Under the pieces are notes generated by a model that saw nothing but the letters and a program-made list of their open reading frames with translations, was not told the origin of the DNA and ran no database searches. A stretch of DNA of 62,804 nt, the filler included, from Sphacelaria rigidula (Eukaryota): assembly GCA_964200075.2 (NCBI GenBank). It is 6 parts of 6 records of this genome, joined end to end, with 100 filler letters (N's around TTAATTAATTAA, not from the genome) between each part and the next. Parts side by side here need not be neighbours in the genome. Positions count along the whole stretch, not along the records: positions 20,972 to 31,355 come from CAXNAA020006601.1; positions 31,456 to 41,839 come from CAXNAA020006602.1; 4 more parts are not named here. One strand, 5' to 3'. Shown one piece after another: positions 25,501 to 37,910 of this stretch. Each line of letters starts with the position of its first letter. Position 1 is the first letter of the stretch. The position numbers and the translations under genes are program-made.

Positions 25501-26699
25501 TGGTCCTTTTCTGCAGAATATCTCATCTGGGGACTTCATGCTAGGGTTCGAAATTGTTGCAGATCGGTTCAGGGGGTCGGCTACTCAAGCAATACATTCG
25601 GTCCACAGCCACCTCGGAACGTCAACGCCAAACGATCGGCATCTATTTTAGCCGTCATCGCCGCTTCCTCTCTCATCGTCATCCCGCGATCTGCCACTGG
25701 ATTGTATCGGGGACTGTCCGCAGGGTGATCTCCTGCATGATGCACCGTTCCCTGCATAGGTCACTATAGGCCCCCTCAAACCCCCACCAGAGTCGCTCTG
25801 CGCACACTCTATAACCGAGGGAATACCGTCTGTTCGTAAGTCTGCGAGGAACTGCTCGACGAATTCTGCTGTGTCTGATGTCAGGCATGCGAAGCACCGA
25901 CATTTTTCGCGAGAAGATATATCGAATCAACATGTAGCACCTCCTATCACCAAGACTCTGTATATTCACATCTGTTGTCAACTCCACGTCTAAAAATGCA
26001 AAAAAAAGTGAGGTAGCATGGTCCTCCGCTACATAGCAAACCACTCAGTTCCGCCGAAAAGCACGCCTCCTTGACGTCATTTTTGCTGAAAGATGCAGAC
26101 GTGAGATGCCATAAATCTTTCGTTCAAGCATCCAACCCGTGTGATTGGGCATCACTCCCGACATCTAGTCTCTCAGCGAAAGCACCACCCACACAGGAAT
26201 CAAAGTCCAAACCAAGACCGTCAACATCAAGTACTGTCTTACGACACGAGGGGATGTTATTGCTGATAACAGCCGTATGGGTAAAAGGCGTTTCGGAGAA
26301 TGTACGTCGTGTACAGAAGGTAGTATTTCATTTGCGTCGTACGGGTGTCGTATTCCGGTCTGATTTCGAGTACACCCTCGCTGCCCGAGAACAAAGCTTA
26401 CCCACGAGAAAGCAGCGAGGCTGCCGACAATAAGACAAGCCATCAGCAACAACGTTTTCCTGAGATTGAGAGTCTAGGATACGATTGAGTGAGAAGCGAT
26501 CCATTGATGAGTGACATAGTTTCAGTCGGAAAGGCCCCTCCCGGCCTTGTACGAGACCCGATACGTTGTCTGTTGTAGCTTGTCACTGAAGCCTTTTATA
26601 TCCCTGAATAGGGAATCGAAGTATAGCTGGAAGTACATGACAGTATTGCAGGCAACTTAGAGCGCATACGAAACGGAAAACTGGTCAAGCTAGAGCAAA

Positions 26700-29600
26700 C
26701 GATAAAACTCACCCTCTATCAACGCCAGACTCTCAATCTCATTAAAATATTGTTCAGCCTATTCTCTTGAGGAATTCACCTGGTGCTCCCTGACTCATCT
26801 CTGAACGTGAGTCTTTGTCTGGTGCAGTGCGAACAGAACTCAATGGCCCTGAACGGTGCACCGCTTCAGACAGTGAAATGCACCTGTTTCAGTTTGCCAG
26901 TCATACGAGTTGAGCACCGTCTAGCTCCCCAGCACATCACCATTACATGGTGAACAACCGCAGAATCGAACTCGTGTTTCCACGGGATATACAATCAATT
27001 TCGATGGTCTCAAAAGCAAGAGTTACTTCACCCCATTTGACCTTGCGTCAGGATTCCGTCATATTGAAATTAAAGGAAAAGGATCGCGACAAAAAGGCAT
27101 GCAGGGATGCGGATGGTCTACTCTACGACTTCACTCGAGCCGGCTTTGACCTAACGGTTTTGCCCGCGGCTTTTACTCGAAGAGAAAAAACATCAGTAGG
27201 TCACTTGGTCGTAGTGTTTAGCCGGTTTGACGACATCCTCATTGCTGGTACATCATGGAACGAGCACCTAGCTCTGCTCGTGATCGTCCTTCAGCGGTTG
27301 CTGGAGGCGATATTCCAGGTAAACTTTGCCAAATGCATTTTCGCATCTATTTTGCAAGAGTTTTGGAGCATGGTGATCGACAGAACTCGTAGCGATCTTC
27401 AATGCACTCTTTCCAAGATCGCAGCTATCGCGGAGATGCCTAAATCGTCCTCAGGTGAGGAACTGCGTTTATTTCTAGGATTCACAGGTTATCTGCGACA
27501 GTTCATCGAGAAGTACAGCTTAGTCGCCGCTCCGCTAAATGGTCTGCTCTACAGTCATATGGTTGTTTCGCAGTCGTGATCTTTCCCCCAAGCTACACAG
27601 ATGGGCCCTCGGGTTTATGGAGGAAGACATAGCCCTCCAGTGGCGAGAGGGATCCCAGCATGGGCTACCGGATGCGCTGTCCCGTCTTCCGCACGCGAGT
27701 GAACCACAAGCCGATATCGACGACTCATTCCAAGATGATTTCACGTCAGGCCCACCATCGGAGTCCGTGGGTCCTCAGGGGTCACAACGTCCAGGACAAT
27801 GATTGTCAAAATTGTCGTCAATGTTGGTAGACCCGCGAATACCGACACAACTATGACACCGCCACCCAACCCCGACATACCGGCCAACCTCGTTTTGCTG
27901 AAGGCATTTCCCTTCGCAGATTGCGCAGCAATCGACGACCACCGACCTATCGGCCGTTCTGATCGAATCGGCAGACCGTCTGCATGGTACGACCCCTCGA
28001 CGCCGCGTCCACAGCTCCTCTGCCACCCACTCTCCGGGTGGTAGACCCGAGACCGCCCGCAGTGCCGTCGCTCATCGAGGTTCCGTCACGAGTGCTAGCT
28101 CCTGTCATACCGCCGACAGTCAGCGAAGAAACGGAGATAGGCGAGGTGCTCTCCGAGGGGGAAAGTGCCGAGTTCATACACAGACCTCGCATGATGGGCA
28201 CAGCGGCGATTAATCGTGCCTTGATGACCCTCACGACTCAATCTACCTGAAGCGCCACCAGCAGGGAGATCCCTTCATGCAACAGGTCCGAGCAGAAGTG
28301 GGGGGGGGGGGGATGGGGCGGCCGAAGGGGCGGAAAAGAGGGGATTGGACTTCAAGATAGAGGGGCTAGGCATACTGCGATACGCAGGAGTCGAAGATGA
28401 ACGGTTACTAGCTGTTCCGAAAACAATGATCGCTGACCTGTTGGCGCTCGTTCACACATGAGACGAACATATCGGAGTAGGCGCCGCCCTAGCGCTGATA
28501 CGTGACCACTTCCCTTAGTCAGCGATGACGAAAAATACCAAGCAGTACGTGCTGTCACGCAGTTGCAGGAGGTGCTAGAGGGCGAGCAGTCGTCAAATGG
28601 CGATGAGGCCGGGACATGCGGCAGACCCACAAGACGAGCTAGAGGTTGTCTTTCTTGCGATTGATGTAACGTCACACTCACACAACAAGTACATCGTCCT
28701 GGTAGTTGATCGCGCTTCCAGGTTCCCATTCGGGTTCCCGCTGTCATCGAAACAAGCCGACGAGGTAGCTCGTAACCTTGCGGAATAGTGCCTGGCCTCC
28801 GGTGTCCCTCTAAAGATCCGCTGCGACAGAGGTAAGGAATATAGCGCCGAGGCAGTCATCCATCTGTGCAGATGGTTGAAAACGCGACATCTATTTCGGA
28901 CCGTCAGATCACCCACGGGGTCAGGGCTTAGTCGAGAGACCGTGGGGATAACTTTGAATATGCCATCAGAGTTTTGCAGGTCATGACCTCAGATATGGGA
29001 TGAACACGTCTCACCTGGGGTCAGGGCGTAGTCGAGAGACTGGAGGGATGGCTACTGAATATGCTGACAGAACTTTGCAGGTCATGGCTTCAGAGGTGGG
29101 ATGAACACGTCTCAAGCGCACATCGCGTGACACCTCGCTTCCCCTTAACATGTAACCCTTCGAACTACTCTTTGGCCGCAAACCGCGCACATCGCTAGAT
29201 TCGCTCGTAACTCTTTCAGAGGAAGCAGGATGGAGAAAAGGACTGAATGCTTTCGTTGAACAGACCAAACATAACCTACGCGAGGTGAGACTGGCGCTGG
29301 GAACATGACAGGCATGGCAACCAACGGCACAAGCGAGCAGTAACGGTACCATGTACCATCTCTAGGCTGTCAGCAGGTGTCAGTCAAGGAAGAATACCTG
29401 GTGATGGTTCTGGAGAGTGAGAGTTCAAAGTGTTGGGATGGCAGAGGCAGGAAACTACGACACAAGTACACCAGACCTTGGAGGGTTGAAAAGGTGTTGG
29501 CGATGGGGCTCAGTGTGGATGTAATAATGCAAGGACGCAACTACATATTCGCAAGGCAGATCCGTCGGAAGTCTCGGGGTATCATGTGCACCCGCCACAC

Positions 29601-30075
29601 TTGAGGCACTCAATAGCTGGCGAGTTCCTCCGGGTCGCCTGGAGATCAGAATTCATGACGGCGTCGACCTCCAATCCAAAACCTCATCTCCTCACCCTTA
29701 TGGACGGTCGCGTGTTCTTATCCCCGACGGAAACTACAGGTTCGGAACACCGGTGAAAGACGCAGGATGAAGCCGTGTCGGAATGGCTGTCAGAAAGCAA
29801 ATCACTGGAGAGCTTCACACCCCTGCAGCCCGACGGGTTCCACGATATCTGGCATTTGTACTCCTCACCAAGGCATCTAACACTCCGTTACACCCCGACG
29901 TACACCATGCTCCCCTGTCGCACCGAAATGCTGTGAACCTGCTCCCCATACGTTTCACATTCTGGAAGAATTTCGGAGGGGTTAAGCAGAAGTAAAACAT
30001 GTTCGACCACGGCAAACGCTTCTGGACAGTGAGATACGACGATAGGGACTGGGAAGGGTTGTCACGTAGATAAAT
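26700..30075 (+). mobile_element. Degenerate Ty3/Gypsy LTR-retrotransposon pol (RT, RNase H remnant, integrase)
   Basis: RT: FDDILIAG...HL...LQRL...VNFAKC and LRLFLGFTGYLRQFIEKYSLVAAPL. RNase H end: LHRWAL...PDALSR. Integrase: YIVLVVDRASRFPFGFPL, GVPLKIRCDRGKEY, PFELLFGRKPRT. Order RT-RH-IN. Many stops and frameshifts. Confidence 0.9.
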
Positions 30076-31017
30076 CCCACAATTGGCTCAGAATCTGAGC
30101 AATCCCACGGCGATGACGGCTATAAACTTGGAGACGCCATGAGGCGTAAGAAGCAGAGGATACCACTAGACGGAGCAGAGCGTAAAATGAAGATATCCTA
30201 TGCTGTATATAGGAGCAAATAGCACTTCCGTTTTTCGATTTTGTCTCTTGTGGGTTCGGTTTTGCTTTTACTTTTCTTGTTTCTGTACATGCTCTAGTTT
30301 TGTCTTGGCTTCATTTTCTTTATTTGTTTTGGCCTGGTGCTGTTCGACTCAAAGTACTTCATCTTGGTGTGATTCGTTTGTTTTTTGTTCATTTTAGGTT
30401 TTGATTGTCCCAGGTCTGTTTATCCTCGTTTTTCTTTTCTCGGTGAACATTGGCTTGACCTTCGCCTCACCTTTTTCTGGTAAAAGGTATACACGTATCC
30501 CTCCGCAGTACTGACCTTGTATAAAAGGGTGGGTGCCGGATACCGGCTTGGCCACTGCGCAATGATTGAGCAACCCACTAGCCCAAGATGTAGGAGTCTC
30601 TCAGCGTCCGGTAGGATGGCGATCACTGGTCGATGAGAGAATGGCCCATCAAAAGGAGCTCTCTCATCAACCAGTGACCGCTCTCGTGGGGAGTTTTAGC
30701 GGGTTCGATTCTCACACTGCGCGCGATCGGTGTAACTGTCGAGGGTATCTAAGCGCCGTTACCAACCGTTTTGCATGGTAGCTGTTCTCCAGCGTAACTG
30801 AGATCCCGGGAAGACGCATAGGACACACGATAGCGGTTATGATCGGAAAAGGCGCGAGAGGTTTTCCTCGAAGATGAGGACTTACCCTGGATATCAGATT
30901 CCGCTCATCTCTTAAAACTCACGACGAATTTTGCCCGCGCTTAACTCTAGCCCCGCAATTCTGCCATTTTCTCGTCTTTGGCGTGACGAAAGGGTGGTGA
31001 CATCAAGATTTGAGTAA

Positions 31018-31271
31018 GAGTCATCCTACGATAGGGGCGGGGGGTATTTTGAGTAACTTCTTGCACGAAATTCCAGGCCATATTGTCGTTGGAAGCAGCA
31101 ACGGTTGCTCAAACGAGCTTGTGATAGATGATTAACGCCCATTTATACCGATTGACACCGTCTTGAACCAAATGCAAGCGTATCGCGAGTGTGGCAGGTC
31201 GTCTGACACACTCATGAGCCTCTTTTTTCGTGCGATCATGTACCCCCCCCCCCCCTATCGTAGGATGACTC
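31018..31271. mobile_element. 254-bp MITE with GAGTCATCCTACGATAGGGG TIRs
   Basis: Perfect 20-bp TIRs; flanks GTAA/GTGA look like a 4-bp TSD. Homologues at ~39226-39470 and 62366-62600, plus a lone TIR at ~95-113. Confidence 0.85.
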
Positions 31272-31355
31272 GTGAATATTCTCAGGAGCTATTTCTGTGT
31301 CGAGATATTTCTTGCCCGGTGTCGGAAATGGGCACAAGGCACGGGGGGGGGGGGG

Positions 31356-31455
31356 NNNNNNNNNNNNNNNNNNNNNNNNNNNNNNNNNNNNNNNNNNNNT
31401 TAATTAATTAANNNNNNNNNNNNNNNNNNNNNNNNNNNNNNNNNNNNNNNNNNNN
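31356..31455. other. Artificial contig spacer
   Basis: Same structure. Confidence 0.98.
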
Positions 31456-32369
31456 GGGAGCGGTTGATTCTCATTTCAAAATACGTTCTCATTTTTCTGG
31501 CAACCCTGTTATCCGCCCGCTGTTTGAAAGAAAGTTGAGAACGTTTGACCCCAACGGTGGGTCTTCTCTTTCGTCGGCATAATTTTCACTTCAGAAATGC
31601 CCACCGTGGCGATCAAGAGGTTGAAATTAAAAGCTGCTGACCACAAAAAGGGGTCACGCTACCCGGGGGATTAGTGGAATGTGATCCTTCAGTGATGCCC
31701 GTAGACAAAGGAGGGAACATAGCGGGAGAGGGGAAGAGAACAGGAAGACACTGCACTGTACTGTCCGTACAGCATTGTACAATCCTGTCTTGTTGGGCTT
31801 TCGTGTATCTTCATTGGCAGTGTATCCTCCTGTCTGTAGGTTACCCAGGGTTACCGCTCATTTTGCTGTAGAGACCGTATGGTCCACATAGATGGCGGTA
31901 CCGATAGACTCAACACAGGTAACAAACAGAAGCACATACTAGAGTCGACATCATGCTGTCTGTTCCTGTACATGCCACTCTCTCTACCTTGGGTTTTCTG
32001 TGCCTCTCTGGGTACACAGAGCGGCAGCTCTTCTCCCTTCATACTACTTTGTCGCTGTGCATCATGCATAGATGGGGAATTAGCGAGCATAAGATTTTGA
32101 GCTTCGAAATAAACAACACAACAGATCATTTTTATGTTCGAGCTGGCAGTGGGAAGTCCCGCAGACGCGACCACGCAACGGGCAGTGAGAGATGAGAGAG
32201 AGCGACATCATATTACTTTTGTACTGCTGACTATATTATGCGTTGGTTGTGCTGGCTCCGACTGAAAGTGTGATCCAAGTCACCACGGTCGGGGTGGTCA
32301 TGCGGCACAGGCCAGCCGCACGTGTTTTGGCATTTTCCGAGGTTGCAGATGGTGCACCCGGGTGCGCAT

Positions 32370-32830
32370 CTAATTTTTTCGGTGGTCCAGACGGACAACC
32401 CTATATGCTCGCGGTCTCAAGCCTTGACCGTTATATGGCGAGAGCAGGTCATCTGTCGAATCGGCATCAATTTCACTTGCAAATAGAATACAGGATCCAG
32501 AGGGACTACTCTCCTCGCGGTATAAGGGTTGATCCTTTGACCGCGAGAGTGGGTCACTTGCTGAATCGGCATCTATTTCACGTGAAGAAAGTATGCATAA
32601 TTCAAGTGACACTCTGGTCATCTGAGGGTTGGTTACCCCTTCGACGACAAGAGTAGGCCATCTGTTGAATGAGCATATATTTCACTTGAAGAAAGTATGC
32701 ATCATCCGGATGGACTCCCCTCCCGGTCAAAGGGTTGACCCTTATACGGCGAGAGTGGGTCATCATCTGTTGAATCGGCATCAATTTATTTTGTGTTGCA
32801 AAAGTATCCATGCCTGATTCAGATCGACGA
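32370..32830. repeat. Head-to-tail array of about 98-bp MITE units
   Basis: Units at 32428-32528, 32533-32628, 32637-32734 and 32739-~32830. Junctions are TTGA (32424, 32529, 32735) or TTGGTTA (32629). Each unit has the TGAATCGGCATC.ATTTCAC..GAA core. Confidence 0.85.
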
Positions 32831-33233
32831 TGGCCTCTGTCGCTATTGTTGCACTGTTGTCGGCACATTGCCTGTCCGCACGACATTATTGTGCACTGTT
32901 ATGACGGAGTGTACTGGGATTGTGCTAAGGTACCACGGCACGCACGGCACTGTTCTTGAAGGATGATTCACTAGCTGCATGTTCTTCCGCTTCACTATCA
33001 TGCGGTATCTCACCCTTGAAGAAAATGACCCATCGGTTACAGAACTACTTCAACGAGACTAGTGGTGTTGTCTGTTCCGGTACACGCCACGCTCTCTACT
33101 TGGGTTCTCTGTGCTTCTCTGAGTATACGAAGCAGCACCTCTTTTTCCTTGATAATTTGTCGGTGTGCATCATACATGGATGGCGGATGGAAGTAAGCGA
33201 GCATAGAATTTTGAGCTTTGAAATAATCAATAC

Positions 33234-33588
33234 TATGGAAGTCGGTAGCAACCGTCAGAGGTGGCCGATGATTTTCCTCGGGTTTTGTAATCAAGAATTG
33301 ACCGTAAGCAGCGTGGGGTTGAGGAAAAAGTGGATCACTCGGGAAAGCTCGACGGGCGCGAGCGAGTTTGCCCCATGACGAAGTCTGAGAGTCTTGGTCA
33401 AGAGTGATGCCCCAGGAATAGCCAGCAGTTCGCTGGGAAGATCCCTGTTACCTCGGGGTCCCAGATCCAGCTGTACAGATATGGGAGTTCCGGAGTTCCT
33501 GCAAAACTTACCCCTGTAACAGCCGTTCACTAGGATTCAAGTCATAAAAGGAAATCTCTCTGCACATGCCCAAATGGCGATCTCCACA
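33234..33588. mobile_element. Solo-LTR-like insertion (TR...CA), about 355 bp
   Basis: Interrupts a repeat whose uninterrupted copy lies at ~31910-32215. A second copy at 37544-37910 has TGTGGAGGTCG...CGATCTCCACA ends. Confidence 0.65.
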
Positions 33589-36500
33589 ACACAGAGCATT
33601 TCTTGTTTCCGATCTGGCAGTGGGAAGTCATGCAGACTCGACGACGCGGCGAGTAGTGAGAGATAAGAGAGAGTGCGACGTCATGATACTGTTGTACTAC
33701 TGTACTCTGGCGCGGATTGAAATAAGTGTAACCCCAGTTTCACCACGGCCGGGGCCGTGGCCATGCCACACTGACAAGCCGCACGTGTTTCGTGTGCACT
33801 GGCCGCGTCATGCCTGGAAAAATTCTGATATTTTGACCGCTATAAAAATGGCAAGAAAATTTCTTGGGCCAAAAATGTGTTCCCACATCCCGGGTTTCAA
33901 CACCTTGACAAATTACTGTTCTTCGTTTCGGTTTCTCCCAAGGCATTTGTGCGAGCCGCAACCCCCAATGCCACAACTCAAATTACTGGTCGCTCTCAGT
34001 CCTACCGCGCGAATATTACTCACGTTTGAGCAGCATGTCCAACGCCCAGCCCAACGCCGCTACCCAAGCGAACGATGTGAGTTTGCATTAGTTTTTTCGT
34101 TTCAGGTCATGTGTGCCGTTCTTCGAATTGTTTAGATCCGCCTGTTTCTCCTTTGCTTGTATTTCGTGTCCTTGGAGAGTTCAACCAATCTCAGCATCGG
34201 CTCGGCTCGGCGTTATCAGTTAGGCACCCGTCCGGATCTCTGTGCGTGCGTGTGGTATGTCCATGCGGCTACTGCACTTTCCTCATCTTCCACTTGAAAT
34301 CCCTGTCAAAAGGTTGTTCCTCGTTTGTGAGGGAGGAACCCCTTCGTTGCGGAGATTCACGGATCTTCCTCGCACAAACATCACATATACCAGACATCGA
34401 TAATGCATGCGAGGCTCGATAACAAACCCTTCATGTGATGTGTCAACCGTAACCACGTCCAACGTACTGAGATCTATACGGCATACTGTACATAACAGGA
34501 TGTTCGCCAGGGTCTCGAAGCTGACGCGGAATCACGGACCACCAGTCGAAATAAGAAACATGGGGACTCTATATTCAAGAGATATATAGAGTAATATTGA
34601 CGGCACTTGGCACTTGTGTGAGAGGGCCGTTGAAGGGCCGCACAATTCTGCTGAGGGATCTGTTGGCGGAACAGGCCAGATCAATGCTACGGTAGGGGTA
34701 CACTTTTTTCGCGAAATTGTTGTCTAGTTCACGGGCTCCTAATGAATCTAGACACACAAGAATATGGGTCAGGTCATCCCCGTTTGTAAATTCATTTTCG
34801 GGATATGCCCAGGACAATCGAGTAGATAAGTAATCCTGGCGTACTTTTACATATTTTCATAAGTGGTGTTTTGACTGAGATCAAGAGCTCCTAACAATTC
34901 CAACCTCAGAAAATATGTGTGCACCCCTACCGTAGCATCACTCGCCACGGCCACCTTTTCTTGACTTGGTCTCGAAGTACTGCGCTTGTTTCCAGCTAGT
35001 TGTTTCGGGTCCATTTGGACGATTTGCGACCTGGTTTCCATTTACGTACTGTATATTATATACTGTCTGTTTCGCTTCCCTTTACGTGCTGCGTAGCGAC
35101 CGCTAAAAAGGAACTCCGCGACTACTGCATCGTTTTTCTGTGACCACTGCATGTACTGTTGAACAAGATGGTGCAATCTCATATCTCAAGTCACGTTCCC
35201 CTTCCCCTCTCCTATCTCCCGAGCCGCTCACATCTCTCTTGGTTCGCGACATGACCCACTTTTTTTACTTTTTCTTCAACATGGCCAAATTTGGCGAAAT
35301 TCTAGTGTGCGGTCAAGCGTCTCAGGAGACCAAGTTGAACCCTCACAGCATGTACTGTACCACGAGATTTTGAAGGAAACGATACACTTCGCGCTGGAAT
35401 GTATCCCGCCCTAGTGCTGCGCTCTTCGTCTAGACCACGTTGTTGGTGTGTACAGCCGGTTTGTATGGTATACAGCATGAGTCGCGTTTATTTATGCGGA
35501 CATCGACTGCTGCAGTGCGTTGGCCCTTGAAATCGTGCGTATACTACAGTGATTGGTCACACTAGACACGTCCTACACGGTTACCCCACGTTCTCGATTC
35601 CCAGAACTCGTGAGCTCTGGTCGCCGCACATGGTGTGAATGATTATATGTTGGCACATCATACTTCCAACATTCTCGGGCAGTAAGGTCACGTCCTGTCG
35701 AGATTTATAAACAAAAGGCGAGAAACAAGAGCGAGCAAGGCAGCTTGCCGTCAATACAACGACTACTTTGTCTTCCAACGGGGAGACCTGAAAACGGACT
35801 TTCTTGGAGGAGCGGTGATTCTTTCGGCAATGGAAACAAGTTGGAAAGGTCTGGAAATCTCGACGAGCACAAATGAGACATGCGACCGAAGCCGCACGTC
35901 ACATCCACGCAACGAATGCTGAGCAAACACGCTCAGCGACCCACAGCACAGGCACATTACGCCCAGTGATCACTCCCGCTCGTCGTCCAGAGACAGCCAC
36001 GAGTTATACACTGCCTCATGGGTGCCTCATCTTTTCAACACTGGCACAATCATCCAAACTGTTCGGAGAGTTAGTTGAGATTCTCCACGCCGCACATCAT
36101 GATCTACAGTATCTTTCTTGACCAACAACATGTTGAATGGGCATAAATTTTACTTATAAAGAGTGTGCATGATCCAGATCTAACGGTAATGTTTGACGAA
36201 GTGGGAAAATGACCTACACGGATCATACGCAGTGTTCTCTATTTCATGCTAATCCCTTCGGTATTGGAAGAGGAGTGGAGTGGTGATGTGTATGTGCAAC
36301 AAAAGTTGCTCACGATGGAGTCGTTGCCCGGTTGTGGTTTTTGTAAGGCACCCGTCTGCAGGAAATTATTGTGTCTCATCCGACTTGAACCATTTTTCCA
36401 CGGGCCAAGAACGCAGTAAGTAAGTACTCGATTGATCGATGGCTGCAACTCGAGCTATTCATTGTCCATCCTGCGACAGTGAGATGAGAGATCATTGTGA

Positions 36501-36815
36501 GCTTGTGCCCTAGGTTCATGCTGTGCGATGGGTGTGCACAAGAAGTATGTACGAGCTGGGCAGGCAGTATATCCTGCATTTGCATCTCCAACCATAAGTC
36601 AAGTGTACCAAATCAGCTCGACTTGAGCACATCGCTGTGAACTGCGGACCAACGTGGTAATAACAGCCTGGATCCGTTCTTGAGGTTCACCATTTGGGTG
36701 ACGTTCAACTCGGAAACAGTGCTTTCCCTGACCTGAAGTCACGATCAATGGATTTTATACTGTATGGATGACTTCATGCCCCCCGATCTCCTTGAAACTA
36801 TTTCGGGGGTTGCCC

Positions 36816-37456
36816 AAGGGGCAGCTGAAAAAACATTTCGGGACACGTAGGCCCCAAGATCGAAAAATCGAGTTTTTTTAGGGGGGCGGGACACCAAGCC
36901 GTGTGTCCCCTGGTTTTTTGCCGAAGCGTTGGCGGATGCGGTCAGCTGCCGTAGACAGTAGAGATCCTTCTATATTCTATCTCATATACTATATTTCATA
37001 CATTTTATTTTATATAGTATACGTCATATACTATATTTCATACATTATACTTCATGTAGTACACTTCATACATATTTACATGCAATATTTATATATATAT
37101 ATATATGAATATTCATCAAGGGGCAGTATATACCATATTATCATATATTTATATATAAAAATATATGTGCTAAATGTACAAGATCCTTATGTTATATATT
37201 ATGTAGAAATATGTGAAGGAGCAGAAGCAAACGCACATCCCGCAAAGCCCACCAACCTTTTCGGATTTTGTCAATGTTCATTGATCAATTTCTTGCAACA
37301 AAATCAACAGAAATAATCAAAACAGTGTGTATTATTGATCAATTGCTGGCTGAAAAGATGACAAAAAAAATCGTCAAAATCATGACAATTTTCGAAGAAA
37401 TGCCCTCCAGGGGGCGGGGGGCTACGTGTCCCGAATTTTTTTGTTAGCTGCCCCTT
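36816..37456. mobile_element. 641-bp TIR element with an AT-rich core and flanking direct repeat GGGTTGCCC
   Basis: TIR AAGGGGCAGCT...TTTCGGGACACGTAG / CTACGTGTCCCGAA...AGCTGCCCCTT. The direct repeat is at 36807-36815 and 37457-37465. Confidence 0.85.
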
Positions 37457-37543
37457 GGGTTGCCCGTATTCCGTGTCCCCAAATCGAATGTGCGAAAGCA
37501 CCTTTTTGCCTCGATATCGGGGCGAAAAAGGAAAAGTTTCTAT

Positions 37544-37910
37544 TGTGGAGGTCGTGAGACTCCCGATGACGGTGAAAATCGTCGAAGGTGGCCGATGATT
37601 TTCCTCGGGTTATGTAGTCAAGGATTGACCGTAAGTCGTGGGGTTGAGGCAAGTAGATCACTCGGGAAGCTCGACGAGCGCGAACGAGTTCGCCCGATAA
37701 CGAAGTCCAAGAGTCCGAGGCAGAAAAGTGATCCCCAGGGATAGCCAGCAGTTCGCTGGGCAGATCCCTGTTACCTTGGGGTCCCAGATCCGGCTGTACA
37801 GATTTGGGAGTTTCGGGGCTCCTGTGAACTTACCCCTGTAACAGCCGTTCACTAGGGTACACGTCATAAAAGGAAATCTCTCCGCACATGCCCAAATGGC
37901 GATCTCCACA
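37544..37910. mobile_element. Solo-LTR-like element, second copy
   Basis: TG...CA ends with an 11-bp imperfect inverted repeat; flanks CTAT/CTAG. Homologous to 33234-33588. Confidence 0.65.

Noticed and set aside
32428..32830. CRISPR-like array
   Set aside because: Whole units are homologous with no unique spacers, there are no cas genes, and the context is eukaryotic.
36903..37316. Ile/Tyr-rich ORF
   Set aside because: Translation of TA-rich low-complexity DNA inside a TIR element.
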